Source of the DNA: Somniosus microcephalus
Lineage: Eukaryota
Assembly (NCBI GenBank): GCA_052327205.1
Contig: CM126212.1
Coordinates: 142,910,001 to 142,974,000 of the forward strand
DNA: 64,000 nucleotides
Direction of reading: 5' to 3'
The notes under the pieces were generated by a model. That model searched no databases. It was not told where the DNA came from and saw nothing but the letters and a program-made list of their open reading frames with translations. The position numbers and the translations under genes were made by a program. Below are positions 49,459-61,704 of this stretch, piece after piece. The first letter of the stretch is position 1. Each line of letters begins with the position of its first letter.

Positions 49459-49722
49459 TAGGGTTGTCAGTTCTGGTTGGAGGTATTCCTGGGGGTTTCA
49501 TCACATGACCTCCTGCCTCCAATTGCCCTCCTCAATCAAACAGCCCTTTTCCCCCATCCCCAATATTTTTACAACAAATAGACAAAAATGTTCAAAGAAA
49601 ATGGGGAATTTTTTTTTTTACTGCCCCTATGATTTTTCTCCCAGGTTGCTCGCAGCAGTGTCCAGGAAAATAAGTTTAATTCTTGGAGACTCCAGGACAA
49701 CCCTGAACAGTTGGCAACCCGA
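49459..49722. mobile_element. Probable MITE with TAGGGTTGCCA-type termini
   Basis: TAGGGTTGTCAG ... GTTGGCAACCCGA imperfect TIRs; TSD not clear. Confidence 0.45.
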
Positions 49723-50582
49723 GTAGGTTTAGGGACTCGCCCAATTCCAGCACTAAATTGGCAACCTCACACGTGAGAAAGCACACACGGCTGGCAGAGG
49801 TGCATTGCCGGAGCGGGGCAGAGGGCGCTTTGCTCTGCGTCCAACTGTGCTACACCTGGCCTGGGAGTAACTGGTGCTTGAAATGGAAAATATTCCGTTC
49901 CCCAGCACCGACAAACTTTAACGAATGAGCACAAAATTCATAGCAACAAAAAAAAAGTGAAAAAGAAATACATCTGGATTGATGGGCCCTCACACTGGTT
50001 CGATTAAAGCCAAGAGTTAGGGCTGCTCTCAGGATCAATCTGCTGCATCACACAGCCTTTGTCCTCAATTAAACCTTCCCTGGGCTCGAGTAATAAAAGA
50101 TCCTAGCAGTTCGGCATAAATGTCACCCTCTGACCTAGAAAATATCGCAGTGACCTGCAGTTTAAACCCACTCATCTCATGGATCCGACAAACACATATC
50201 ACAATCATTAAGCACCACGGACACAAGACAACAAATCATTTTCTTTTTCAAGGTTATATTCTCCCCTATTTTCTGCCGGACGGCAACATCGTGTTTCTCC
50301 CTCAGTTCCTCCTAGGCCCTCACCGAACTCATCTCCACTTTCAGGCCCACTCCCTGTGCCCTCAATCCCCTCCCAACTCATCATCACATAACTACCCCAT
50401 CAGTGTCAGCTGTGGCTCAGTGGGTAGCACTCTCTAGGTGGGAGGGACTAGGAGTGAGCCAGGTGTGACTGGTTGCCTAATTGCAGCTGGGTGTTGGAGG
50501 GAATTTTGTAAAAAGTTGGTGGAGGGTTTTGGGGTGTTGTTTTCAGGTTTTAGGGCCTTTTTGGCCCACAAAAAACAGCCAG

Positions 50583-52265
50583 ATGGCTGCTGAGGGGTCC
50601 GGAGTGCCGGGCCCCTCAGAGGACAATATTCCCGAGAGGAATTTTATTAGGGAAGAAACTGTGGTGGGAAGGGGGAAAAAAAGGCCCAAAGATTTGGGCC
50701 GGGACCTCAGGAGGTTTGGTAAAGAAAATACGGTGGTGGTGCAATGTGAAGATAAGAAGATTCGAGCCTGGGATATAATCCAGGCGGTGCATGAGGACTG
50801 TGGCGAGGGAAGCTATTTTGCCTGCCGACCAAAACCAAATGTGGGATTTGAGGTGACGGTCAGTGGCCGTGAGGAGGTGGAAAAACTGCTGCTCAGTCTG
50901 AAAGTTGATGAGAAATTCTTGGAGGTGACTCTGCTATATTCAGAGGAGGTGGTGGTTTCATTTTTGAACTTGCCTGTGTACATCGAGGACGAAGTGCTGA
51001 GCAAAAAGTTGGAGTCGTGGGACATTAAAATCTGTTCCGAAATAAAGAGGAGGTACTATCCGGGAACACGGGTAGCAGACGGAACCCGGTATGTAAAGGT
51101 GCGGTTCCCAGAGGGGGTGAGGTCTTTGCTGTACAGTATGAAGTTCGAGACACTGGAAGGAGTACAGTACTTTCGTGTGCTGCACGATAACCAAGTAAAG
51201 GTGTGTTACTATTGTCTGGGACATGACCATCTCGTAAGAAATTGTCCTGATTTGTATGGTTACAATTGCGGTGAGTCGGGACATATCGCGCGGAGCTGCA
51301 AGGCGGAGAGCTGTGGGGTGTGTCGTAAAGGCCCCACCCGCTGTGAGTGTGTGGCAGAAGGGAGCGAAATGAGTGATGAGGAGATGGGAGAAGGAGCAGG
51401 AGAGGAGTGTGGAACGGCCGGAGGTGCGGTGCAGTCGGAGGACACAGCCGGTAAAATGAAGGAAAAAGGAGCACAGGAAGAGGCAGAGGATCTCGGAGCG
51501 GAGATCAAGATGGAGATGGCGGAAAACACGGCGAGTGCTATGGAGGGGAACAAAGACAGCTGCGGGTAGCGAGGGTCGAGTGCAGACTCGAGCCTTAGTG
51601 CAGTTCGGCTTCCCCTGGGGAGTCTGGTGTCTGCGGGGGGAGAGGAGGCAGGAGCAGGGTGTGTGGTGGAAGTGAGTGGTCCGGGGAGAGGCGGGGAGTC
51701 GGATATTTTGGTGAGCGGGAGGGGGCAGGGCGGGGAGAGGGTGCAAGAGGCAGGAGCCTTAAAGGGACAGCAGAATGGGATCGGCGAGATAGAGACGTCG
51801 GAAGGGAACAATTTAGGTGCGCCATTGTCCTATGGAGTGAGGGAACAAGGTGCAAGGGTCAGAGGTGGAGATGTGGTCGAAGGGGGCGGCACAATGGGAG
51901 AAACTGCAATAGCAGGAAGACTCTCTAAGGGAGATGAAGTATCTGACGGGGAGCAGGATTATGTATCTGACGGGGAGCAGGCACAGGGGGTTGCAGAAGA
52001 GCTTGAGTGTGAGGAATTAGAGGGGGACAAAGACATGGAAGTCGGGGATGGGGTGGCATCATGTGGAAAGGGAAAGGTTCGTGAGGGGCAGAAGGAGGGA
52101 GAAAGGGCAGCTCCTGGGTCCAAACGTAAGGCAAGGAAGAGGCTGAAACAGCAGGGAGGGGTCAAACAGGAGGGGAAAAAGTGCTGGAGGCTGCAGGAAA
52201 AAGCAACAGCTGCCCGAAAAGTTGAGAAGGAGCATGAGAGGAGGGAAGAGCCAGAGATTAAATGA
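50583..52265 (+). pseudogene. Tx1 ORF1 with premature TAG at 51567-51569
   Basis: Colinear with the open ORF1 of copy 1 (CAG there). Confidence 0.88.
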
Positions 52266-55200
52266 TGGGGAGATTATTGGGCATACTTCCCTTCTTTGGA
52301 GCCATGATTATATTGGTCTCGATCAATGTGAATGGACTGAGGGGTGAGAAGAAATTGCAGCAGTTGTTGCAGGGTTTTAAAGGCACGGACTTGTTGTGTC
52401 TGCAAGAAACCTTTTGGGATGAGGATATTCTAGAAAGAGTTCAGAAGGTTTGGAAGGGAGAGGTGTTTGCAAGTTGTGCAAACAATAACCGTAGAGGGGT
52501 GGCTGTTTTGGTGAGTCCGTCCATAGAAGAGAATGTTGCCTTGGTGGACAAGGAAACTGAAGGGAGATTTTTACGGCTAAGGGTAAAATTGGAGGGATTT
52601 AATTGTGATCTTTTTAATATCTATGCACCGAACGACCATTGCAAGCGTCGCGAGTTTTTTCGGGGGTTATTCACTGAAGTGGCAGAGGTGGAAAATCCTT
52701 GTATAGTGGGGGATTTTAATGTATTTTTATCTTGGATGGACATTTCAGCCCAGATGACCTTTAAAGAGGATAACTCCAGAGGGATGATTATAAAAATGAC
52801 GGCAAATTTAAATTTGAGAGACTTATGGAGGGACCGGAACCCCATAAAAAGGGAGTTCTCCAGAGCAGGTTGGGTGGGTGATGTTTTAAAACAGAGCCGA
52901 ATAGATTTTGTGTTAATGCGGGAAGGGTTAAGTTCGGAGGTGATGGAGATTTATTATAAAAAAGTATTTTTTAGTGATCACTCGGCTTTGGTTCTTAGAA
53001 TTAGGAACAGCAGAGTTAAGATCGGTTCAGGGGTGTGGATTTTAAACAATCAATACCTGAAGGAAAGTGCTTATAAAGAAGGGATTATAAATATAATAAA
53101 GAATGCTCGGAAGGAACTTTTGTTCTTGAAAGAAAGAAGAGTTTGGTGGGACAATTTCAAATATGAGGTAAAAGTTTTTTCGGTACGTTATGGGCAAAAG
53201 AGGGCGGCAGCTAACCGGCACCGAGAAGAGAATAAAACAAAAGGTTTACGGATGTCTGTAAAGCAGGTTGGCGGAGGGGATAAGGGAGCTGAGACTAAGT
53301 TCCGGGTGCGAAAGGAAGAGTGGGAATTATTGCAAGCTGAAAAATGCAAGGGGGCCATTCTCCGTGCAAAGGCTAGAGATGCATTGGAGGGCAAAAGATG
53401 CACTAGATATTTTCTAGAGCAAGAGAAGCTGCGACAGAGATTATCGTTAATTGAGGAGTTGAAGGTTGGGGAGAAGATCATTCATGAAAGTGAGGAGATT
53501 TTGGAGGCGGCTAGCAGCTTTTATCAAGAGCTATATACAAAAGAAGACACTTCCAATTTGGAGATGGAGAAGGTTACTGCTTTTATTGAAAAGGGTTTAA
53601 AGGAGGATGAGAGAAGCATGTGTGATAAAGAAGTAGGATTAGCGGAAATAAAAATAGCAATAAGTGGAATGAAGTGGGGGAAAAGCCCAGGGTCCGATGG
53701 ACTAAGTGCAGAATTTTATGAGGAATTTTTTGAGATTTTACATCCATTGCTCTTAGAAGTTTTTAAGGAAATTAAAATTGAGGGAAGCCTGGCCCCATCT
53801 ATGAGGAGAGGTATCATAAGCTTAGCTTATAAAAATAAAGGGGATAGACGGGATCTGAAGAATTGGAGGCCCATCACACTATTAAATGTGGATTATAAGA
53901 TCTTGGCGAGGGTTATGACAAATCGTTTGAAGGAGGTGTTACCGGAGATAGTTTAGCCCTCTCAGTCCCGTGGAGTCATAGGCCGGGACATCGCAGACTC
54001 TGTGGTCTCAATCCGAGATGCGATAGAGCTCATGGAAGAGAGTGGGAGGGAGGCTTATGTATTAAAGATAGATCAAGAGAAAGCCTTTGATAGGGTCTCT
54101 CATGAGTTTTTATTGAAGGTTTTGGAAGCATTTGGTTTCAAGGAAAATTTCATTCAGTGGATAAGGATTTTTTATTCAAACATATTTAGCTGTGTTAAAT
54201 GTAATGGTTTTTTATCTAAGTATTTTCCGATACAGAGATCAGTGAGACAGGGTTGTCCCCTGTCCCCATTGCTGCACACATTGGTAGCAGAACCATTAGG
54301 TTACATGATGCGAAAGAAACAAGGTGTAATTGAGATTGTGTTACCCATTTCCGGGCTGGTGTCGGTGATACACCAATATGCAGATGACACAACCTTAACA
54401 TTGAGAAATGGGGAGTCAGTGAGGAAAGCTATGGAGGTAGTGGAGGAATATTGTAGAGCTTCAGGTGCCAGAGTGAATTATAGTAAGTCCCAATGCCTGG
54501 TTGCAGGGAGGGGTAGGGGGGAATGGTTGGGGGAATGTCCCTTTAAGGTGGTGGAGGTTTTGGAAGTTCTGGGGGTGCATATGGGGTGCAAGAAAGACAG
54601 GGAAGAAGTGGATCAATTAAATTGGGAACCAAAGGTTATGAAAATTAAAAAGATTTTGGGAAGATGGGAAAGAAGGTGGTTGAAAGTGCAAGGAAGAACG
54701 ACAGTGGTGTCTGCTCTCCTGCTGTCTAAGCTATGGTACTTATTGACGGTGGAGGATATTCCTGAGTGGGCAGAAAAGTCCATCCGAGAGGCTTGTGTGA
54801 GGTTTTTATGGGAAGGGAAACCAGCCTTGGTGGCTTACAATACCATCATTAGACGGAGAAATCAGGAAGGACTCAACTTCCCAGATATTGATTTGAAGAA
54901 AAAATCCTTTAGAATCAAATGGGTGAAGAGATTTCTTCAGAAGTCAAATTCAAGTTTTTGGAGCATTTTTTTAAACGAAGTGGGATAGGAGGGCAGGGGA
55001 TATTGTGTATGGAATAGAATAATATGTTTTTGAAATCGATTAAGCTTCTCCCTAGGTTTTATAAGGGGGTTGTAGAGACTTGGGCTCAATTTTTAAAAAG
55101 TGTGCAGTTTATGCCCAAGGGGGCTGAGGAATTTTTAGAACAGCCCTTATTTTTGAACAGGTGGGTCAACATCGAAGGAGAGGTTTTATTTAATCAAGCT

Positions 55201-56145
55201 TTTATAAAAGCTGGGATTATATCGGTGAAAGATGTATTATACGAGGTGATTCCAGGTTGGTTGCCGGAAGCGATAGTGAGGGACATGGTGTGGGAGGAGG
55301 ATCAGGAGGTAGAAGGAAAAGCAATAGGAATCATGTATGAGAAGATTGTGAGGGCAATGCCACAGGATTGGATGGAAGAAATAAATGTGGAAATCTCCAA
55401 AGGAAGTAAAATGCGTCCCGCTTTTCCAAGCTTTGTACTGGAGAAAGGGGGAGAGTTAGTCCAATTTGACAACTGTAACACTCGAGATTTCTATGAGGTA
55501 TTCAGAGAATGGAGGTTCAAGACACATGCTGGTCAGGAGTTTTGGCAGAGTATATACCCACAGCTGGACTTCAACAGGATTTGGAAGGGAGTGTGGGTGA
55601 ATTTTAAATGCCCAGAATGGATTGAACTGGATTTCAAATTGGCTCATAACCGGATTTTTACCATGACGGTCTTGTGCAAGATTGGACGAGTGGAGGCGGC
55701 AACTTGCCCAATGTGTGGGACACAGGATGAGACCCTGTCCCATTTACTGGTGTTATGTCTGCAGTTAAATGACTTTAAGTACTATGTTCGACAGTTGTGT
55801 GAAGCTTTTTTGCTGGGTGGGGACTGAACAGCGAGAATGGGAATCCCGTGGGACTCAATTTTGAGATGGGGATTGCAGGAGAGTCTGCCAGAGTCTAGCG
55901 GAGCAGCAATTCATTTAATGTTCAGTTTGGCTAGATTCGTGATTGTGCAAAGAAGGAATGCTCTGTTTTTTAAGGGGAGGAGATTCAATCTAAAAGAGTA
56001 TTTTAAATATAAGCTAAAAGGCCATTATAAGGCTCTGTGGATGTTTTATTCAGAAAGGAATTTAAGGACAGTATTTTACAACCAATTTTTAAAGTACAAT
56101 CAATTAATATATGTTACAGGTGACAAATTAAACTTCAGGTTTTGA
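52262..56145 (+). pseudogene. Tx1 ORF2 (APE-RT-zinc knuckle) with stops at 53954, 55015, 55825 and a small deletion near 54960
   Basis: ORFs 52262, 54002, 55024, 55837; motifs as in copy 1. Confidence 0.92.
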
Positions 56146-56759
56146 TGTTAAAATGTGGTGGCGGAATGGCTGTGTGGAATTGATTTGTATCATACAATGT
56201 AATGATCACGATGTTGTAAATGTTCTTAATGTTCAATAAAGTATAATTTTAAAAAAAAAGTGGTTAGCACCCTCGCTTCTGAGTCAGAAGGTTGTGGGTT
56301 CAAGTCCCACTCCAGGGACTTGAGCACAAAAATCTAGGCTGACGCTCCAGTGCAGTGCTGGAGGTGCCATCTTTTGGATGAGACGTTAAACCGAGGCCCC
56401 GTCTGCGCTCTCAGGTGAACTTAAAAGATCCCGTGGCACTATTTCGAAGAAGAGCAGGGGAGTTATCCCCGGTATCCTATAGTCAATATCCCGGTAGTCA
56501 ATATTTAGCCCTCAGTCAACATAACAACAAAACAGATTATCTGGTCATTATCACATTGCTGTTTGTGGGAGCTTGCCGAGTGCAAATTAGCTGCCGTGTT
56601 TCCCACATTACAACAGTGACTACACTCCAAAAGTACTTCATTAACTGTAAAGCGCTTTGAGATGTCCGCTGGTCTTGAAAGGCGCTACAGTATATAGATG
56701 CAAGTCTTTTTTTCTTTCATTGTGGCCCAACTTGCCAATAGCTCCTTCTCTTCAGACTC

Positions 56760-57290
56760 TGTCCTACCTTTCAAGGCAGCTTAAAAAAACTTCCCTTAAT
56801 CCCTCTATCTTCTTCTACTTCCGCTATCTCCAATCTCCTTTTCCTCACTCAAATCCTTGTTTTGTTGTCACTCAGTTGGTTCCCAACTCTCGCATCACTA
56901 AGTCCCTTCAATCTGGTCTCCAACCCACAGCACGAAAACTGCACTTGTCAAAGTCACCACTGATATCCGTTCTGATGGGGATTGTGGTGCGTCACTCCCT
57001 CTCATCCTCTTTTACCTCTGTGGTGTTTGACACAGTCAACCACTCCACCATCTCTTTTTTGTGGTCTACTTCTGTGGCACTCTCCTAGCATGGTCCCACT
57101 ACCTGTCCAAATGCAGCCAGCACATCTCCTCCACAGGTTTTCATGCAATTTGATAACATCTATAGCTCCTTTTCCTGGTCTACATGCTGCCCCTTGACAT
57201 TGTCATTCATAAGCATAGGGTAAGCTTTCACATGTATTCTGACAACACCCAACTTTACTTCTCCGTCACCACTCTGGACTCCTCAACTCC
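56760..57290 (+). repeat. Decayed L2 RT fragment
   Basis: LQSG, VFDTVNH and SFHMYSDNTQLYFS (degenerate YADDTQLY). Confidence 0.65.
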
Positions 57291-57494
57291 CACTTTGTTT
57301 GATTAGTTAACTGACATGAAGTCCTAGATGGGCAACAGTCAAGAGGGGTGAAGTATCGGAGGACTGGCAATGTCCATGGAACCATGCCCCAGCAATATTC
57401 AGGAGGGGTGAACTTTGGAAAAACAAAAAGGAAGAACTTAAGAATTACACTTGCGTATAACAAAAATGTCACTAGCTTTTTCAACCTTATAAAG

Positions 57495-60400
57495 TCAAGA
57501 TTGAGTGAGTAGGCAAATACATGGCAGATGCAGTATAACGTGGATAAGTGTGAAGTTATCCACTTCAGTAGGAAAAACAGAAAGGCAGAGTATTATATAA
57601 ATGGTGATAGATTGGGAAGTGTTGATGTACAGAGGGACCTGGGTGTCCTTGTACACCAGTCACTGAATGCAAACATGGGACCAATGACATAGGTAGGAAG
57701 AGGGATGAGGTCCTGCAGCAAGAATTTAGGGAGCTAGGTAGCAGATTAAAGAGTAGGACCTCAAAGGTTGTAATCTCTGGATTACTCCCGGTGCCACGTG
57801 CTAGTGAGTATATAGGAATAGGAGGATAGAGCAGATGAATGCGTGGCTAAAGAGTTGGTGCAGGAGGGAGGGCTTTAGTTTCCTGCAGCACAGGGCCTGC
57901 TTCTGGGGAAGGTGGGACTTGTACAAGTCGGACGGGTTGGAGGTTGGGAACCTGAGCAAGGAGACAGAGGAAAGGAAAACAGGGATAAAAGCACAAGATA
58001 GGAAGCAGAAAAACAAAAGTGGCAGTCAGAGAAATCAACGGTTTAAATCAAACGTGGCCACAGTAAATAATAATTCTAATAGGTCTGAGAGCATTAAAAA
58101 AACAAGCCTGAAGGCTTTGTGTCTTAATGCGAGGAGCATTTGTAATAAGGTGGACGAATTGGCTGCGCAAATAGAGGTAAATGAATATGATTTGGTTGGG
58201 ATTACAGAAACGTGGCTCAAGGATGGCCAAGACTGGGAGCTCAACATCCAGGGGTATTCGATATTCAGGAAAGATAGGCAAAAAGGAAAGGGAGGTGGGG
58301 TAGCATTACTGGTTAAATAAGTGATTAATACAATTGTAATGAAGGATATTAGCTCTGATGATGTGGAATCTGTATGGGTAGAATTGAGAAATACTAAGGG
58401 GAAAAAAACATTAGTGGGAGTGGTATATAGACCTCCCAACAGTAAGGCGGAGGTTGGGGACAGCATTAAAAGGGAAATTAAAGAAGCGTGCAATAAGGGC
58501 ACAGCAGTCATCATGGGTGACTTTAATCTACATATAGATTGGGCCAACCAAATTAGTAACAATACTGTGGAGGAGGAATTCCTGGAGTGTTTACGGGATG
58601 GTTTCCTGGACCAATATGTCGAGGAACCAACCAGAGATCAGGCCATCTTAGACTGGGTATTATGTAACGAGAAAGGATTAATTAGCAATCTTGTTGTACG
58701 AGGCCCCTTGGGTCGGAGCGATCATAATATGATCGAATTCTTCATTAAGATGGAGAATGAAGTAGTTGACTCAGAGACAAGGGTCCTCAATTTAAATAAA
58801 GGAAACTACGATGGTCTGAGGAGCGAGTTGGGTAGGATTGATTGGGGAATGGCACTCAAAGGGTTGACGGTGGATAGGCAATGGCAAACATTCAAAGACC
58901 GAATGGATGAGCTACAGAATTTGTTCATCCCAGTTTGGCATAAAAATAAAACAAAAAAGGCGACTCAACCGTGGCTAACAAGGGAAATCAGGGATAGCAT
59001 AAGATCCAAGGAGAGGACATATAAATCGGCTAGTAAAAGCAATAATCCTGAGGATTGGGAGCAGTTTAGGAGTCAACAAAGGAGGACAAAGGGATTAATT
59101 AAGAAAGGGAAAATAGAATATGAGAGTAAGCTAACAGGGAACATAAAAACTGACTGTAAAAGCTTTTATAGATGTGTGAAGAGAAAAAGATTGGCGAAGT
59201 CAAGCGTAGGTCCCTCACAGTCAGAATCAGGGGAATTTATAATGGGAAACAAGGAAATGGCAGACCAACTAAATACATACTTTGGTTCTGTCTTCACAAA
59301 GGAGGACACAAATAACCTCCCAGAGATGCCTGGGAACATCGGGTCTGATGAAAGGGAGGAACTGAAAGAAATCAGTATTTGTAGGGAAATGGTGTTAGGA
59401 AAATTGATGGGACTGAAGGCCGATAAATCCCCAGGGCCTGATGGTCTACATCCCAGGGTACTTAAGGAAGTGGCCCTAGAGATAGTAGATGCATTGCTGG
59501 TCATCTTCCAGAACTCGATAGACTCTGGAATGGTACCCATGGATTGGAGGGTAGCTAATGTTACCACACTATTCAAAAAAGGTGGTAGAGAAAAAGCGGG
59601 GAATTATAGATCGGTAAGCCTGACATCGGTAGTGGGGAAAATGCTAGAGTCTATTATAAAAGATGTAATAGCAGAGCACTTGGAAAGCAGTGACAGGATC
59701 GGACAAAGTCAACATGGATTTACAAAAGGTAAATCATCATGCTTGACTAATCTACTGGAATTTTTTGAGGATGTAACTGGTAAAATAGATAAGGGAGAAC
59801 CAGTGGATGTGGTGTATTTGGACTTCCAGAAGGCTTTCGATAAGGTCCCACATAAGAGATTAACGTGCAAAATTAAGGCACATGGGATTGGGGGCAAGGT
59901 ATTGACTTGGATAGAGAACTGGTTGGCGGACAGAAAGCAAAGAGTTTGAATAAATGGGTCGTTTTCCGAGTGGCAGGCAGTGACTAGTGGGGTACCGCAA
60001 GGATCGGTCCTAGGACCCCAGCTGTTCACAATATACATTAATGATCTGGACGAGGGAATTGGATGTAATATCTCCAAATTTGCAGACGACACAAAGCTGG
60101 GTGGGAGGGTAAGCTGTGAGGAGGATGTCGTGAAACTCCAGTACGATTTGGACAGGTTGGGTGATTGGGCAGAAACATGGCAAATGCACTATAACGTGGA
60201 AAAATGTGAGGTTATCCACTTTGGTGGCAAAAACAGGAAGGCAGATTATTATTTGAATGGCAATAGATTGAGAGAAGGGGAAGTGCAAAGAGACCTGGGT
60301 GTTATTGTGCACCAGTCGCTGAAGGTAAGCATGCAGATGCAGCAGGCGGTTAAGAAGGCAAATGGTATGTTGGCCTTCGTAGCAAGAGGGTTCGAGTACA

Positions 60401-61704
60401 GGAACAAGGATGTCTTGCTACAGTTGTACAGGGCCTTGGTGAGACCGCACCTTGAGTATTGTGTGCAGTTTTGGTCGCCTTACCTGAGGAAGGACGTTCT
60501 TGCCATGGAGGGAGTGCAGCGAAGATTCACCAGGCTGATACCTGGGATGGCAGGAATGACGTATGAGGAGAGATTGTGTCGATTGGGCTTATACTCACTG
60601 GAGTTTAGAAGATTGAGAGGGGATCTCATCGAAACCTATAAAATTCTGTCAGGTCTGGACAGACTAGATGCAGGAAGGATGTTTCTGATGGCCGGGGAGT
60701 CATGAATCAGGGATCATAGTCTAAGGATAAGGGGTAAGCCATTTAGGACTGAAATGAGGAGGAATTTCTTCACCCAGAGAGTGGTGAACCTGTGGAATTC
60801 TCTGCCACAGAGGGCAGTGGAGGCCAGTTCATTAAATATATTCAAGAAAGAGTTGGATATATTTCTTGAGGCTAAAGGGATCAAGGGATATCGGGAGAAG
60901 GCAGGGACAGGGTACTGAAATTGGATGATCAGCCATGATCTCATTGAATGGCGGAGCAGGCTCGAAGGGCCGAATGGCCTACTCCTGCTCCTATCTTCTA
61001 TGTTTCTATGTCTATGTTTCTATGCAGGTGCAGCAAGCAGTTAGGAAGGCACATGGTTTGTTGGCCTTCATTGCAAGTGGATTTGAGTACAGGAGCAAGG
61101 ATGTCTTACTACAGCTATACAGGGCCTTTTGTGAGACCACACCTGGAGTACTGTGTGCAGTTTTGGTCTCCTTACCTAAGAAAGGATATACTTGCCATAG
61201 AGGGAGTGCAGCGAAGGTTCACCAGACTGATTCCTGGAATGGCAGGACTGTCATATGAGGAGAGATTGGGTCAACTTGGCCTGTATTCACTAGAGTTTAG
61301 AAGAATGAGAGGGGATCTCATTGAAACGTATAAAATTCTGACAGGGCTAGACAGACTGGATGCAGGGAGGATGTTTCCCCTGGCTGGGGGTGTCTAGAAC
61401 GAGGGGTCACAGTCTCAGGATACAGGGTAGGACATTTAGGACTGAGATGAGGAGAAATTTCTTCACTCAGAGGGTGGTGAACCTGTGGAATTCTCTACCA
61501 CAGAAGGCTGTGGAAGCCAAGTTACTGAATATATTTAAGAAGGTGATAGATAGATTTCTGGACACAAAAGGCATCAAGGGGTATGGGGAGAGAGCGGGAA
61601 TATGGTATTGAGATAGAGGATAAGCCATGATCATATTGAATGGCGGCGCAGGCTCAAGGGGCCGAATGGCCTACTACTGCTCCTATTTTTCTATGTTTCT
61701 ATGA
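57495..61704 (+). mobile_element. CR1 subfamily B 3' fragment, split into 57495-57677 and 61022-61704 by a CR1-A insertion
   Basis: ...GAATGCAAACATG | ATGCAGGTGCAGCAAGCAG is contiguous in the copy at ~26680. Confidence 0.88.
57678..61021 (+). mobile_element. CR1 LINE (subfamily A), 5'-truncated, nested in CR1-B
   Basis: ORFs 57835, 58321, 59980; TTCTATG tail; very similar to 43781-47565. Confidence 0.93.

Larger units (their letters stand above)
50435..56258 (+). mobile_element. Full-length Tx1-clade retrotransposon, copy 2 (~5.8 kb)
   Basis: Highly similar to copy 1 with the same 5' terminus TAGGTGGGAGGG; AATAAA and A-tail; imperfect 16-bp target duplication 50419-50434 / 56259-56274. Confidence 0.95.
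50404..56715 (+). mobile_element. tRNA-headed SINE split by Tx1 copy 2 (head 50404-50434, remainder 56259-56715)
   Basis: TGTCAGCTGTGGCTCAGTGGGTAGCACTCTC | LINE | AGTGGTTAGCACCCTCGCTTCTGAGTCAGAAGG... Confidence 0.9.

Noticed and set aside
50404-50434. tRNA genes at the A/B-box motifs (also 19040-19104, 31617, 62128)
   Set aside because: They continue into SINE body and tail and show no complete cloverleaf
35678-61021. One large inverted segmental duplication explaining the paired Tx1 and CR1 copies
   Set aside because: Element order is not mirrored, flanks outside the SINE heads are unrelated, and the host SINE bodies differ much more than the LINEs do
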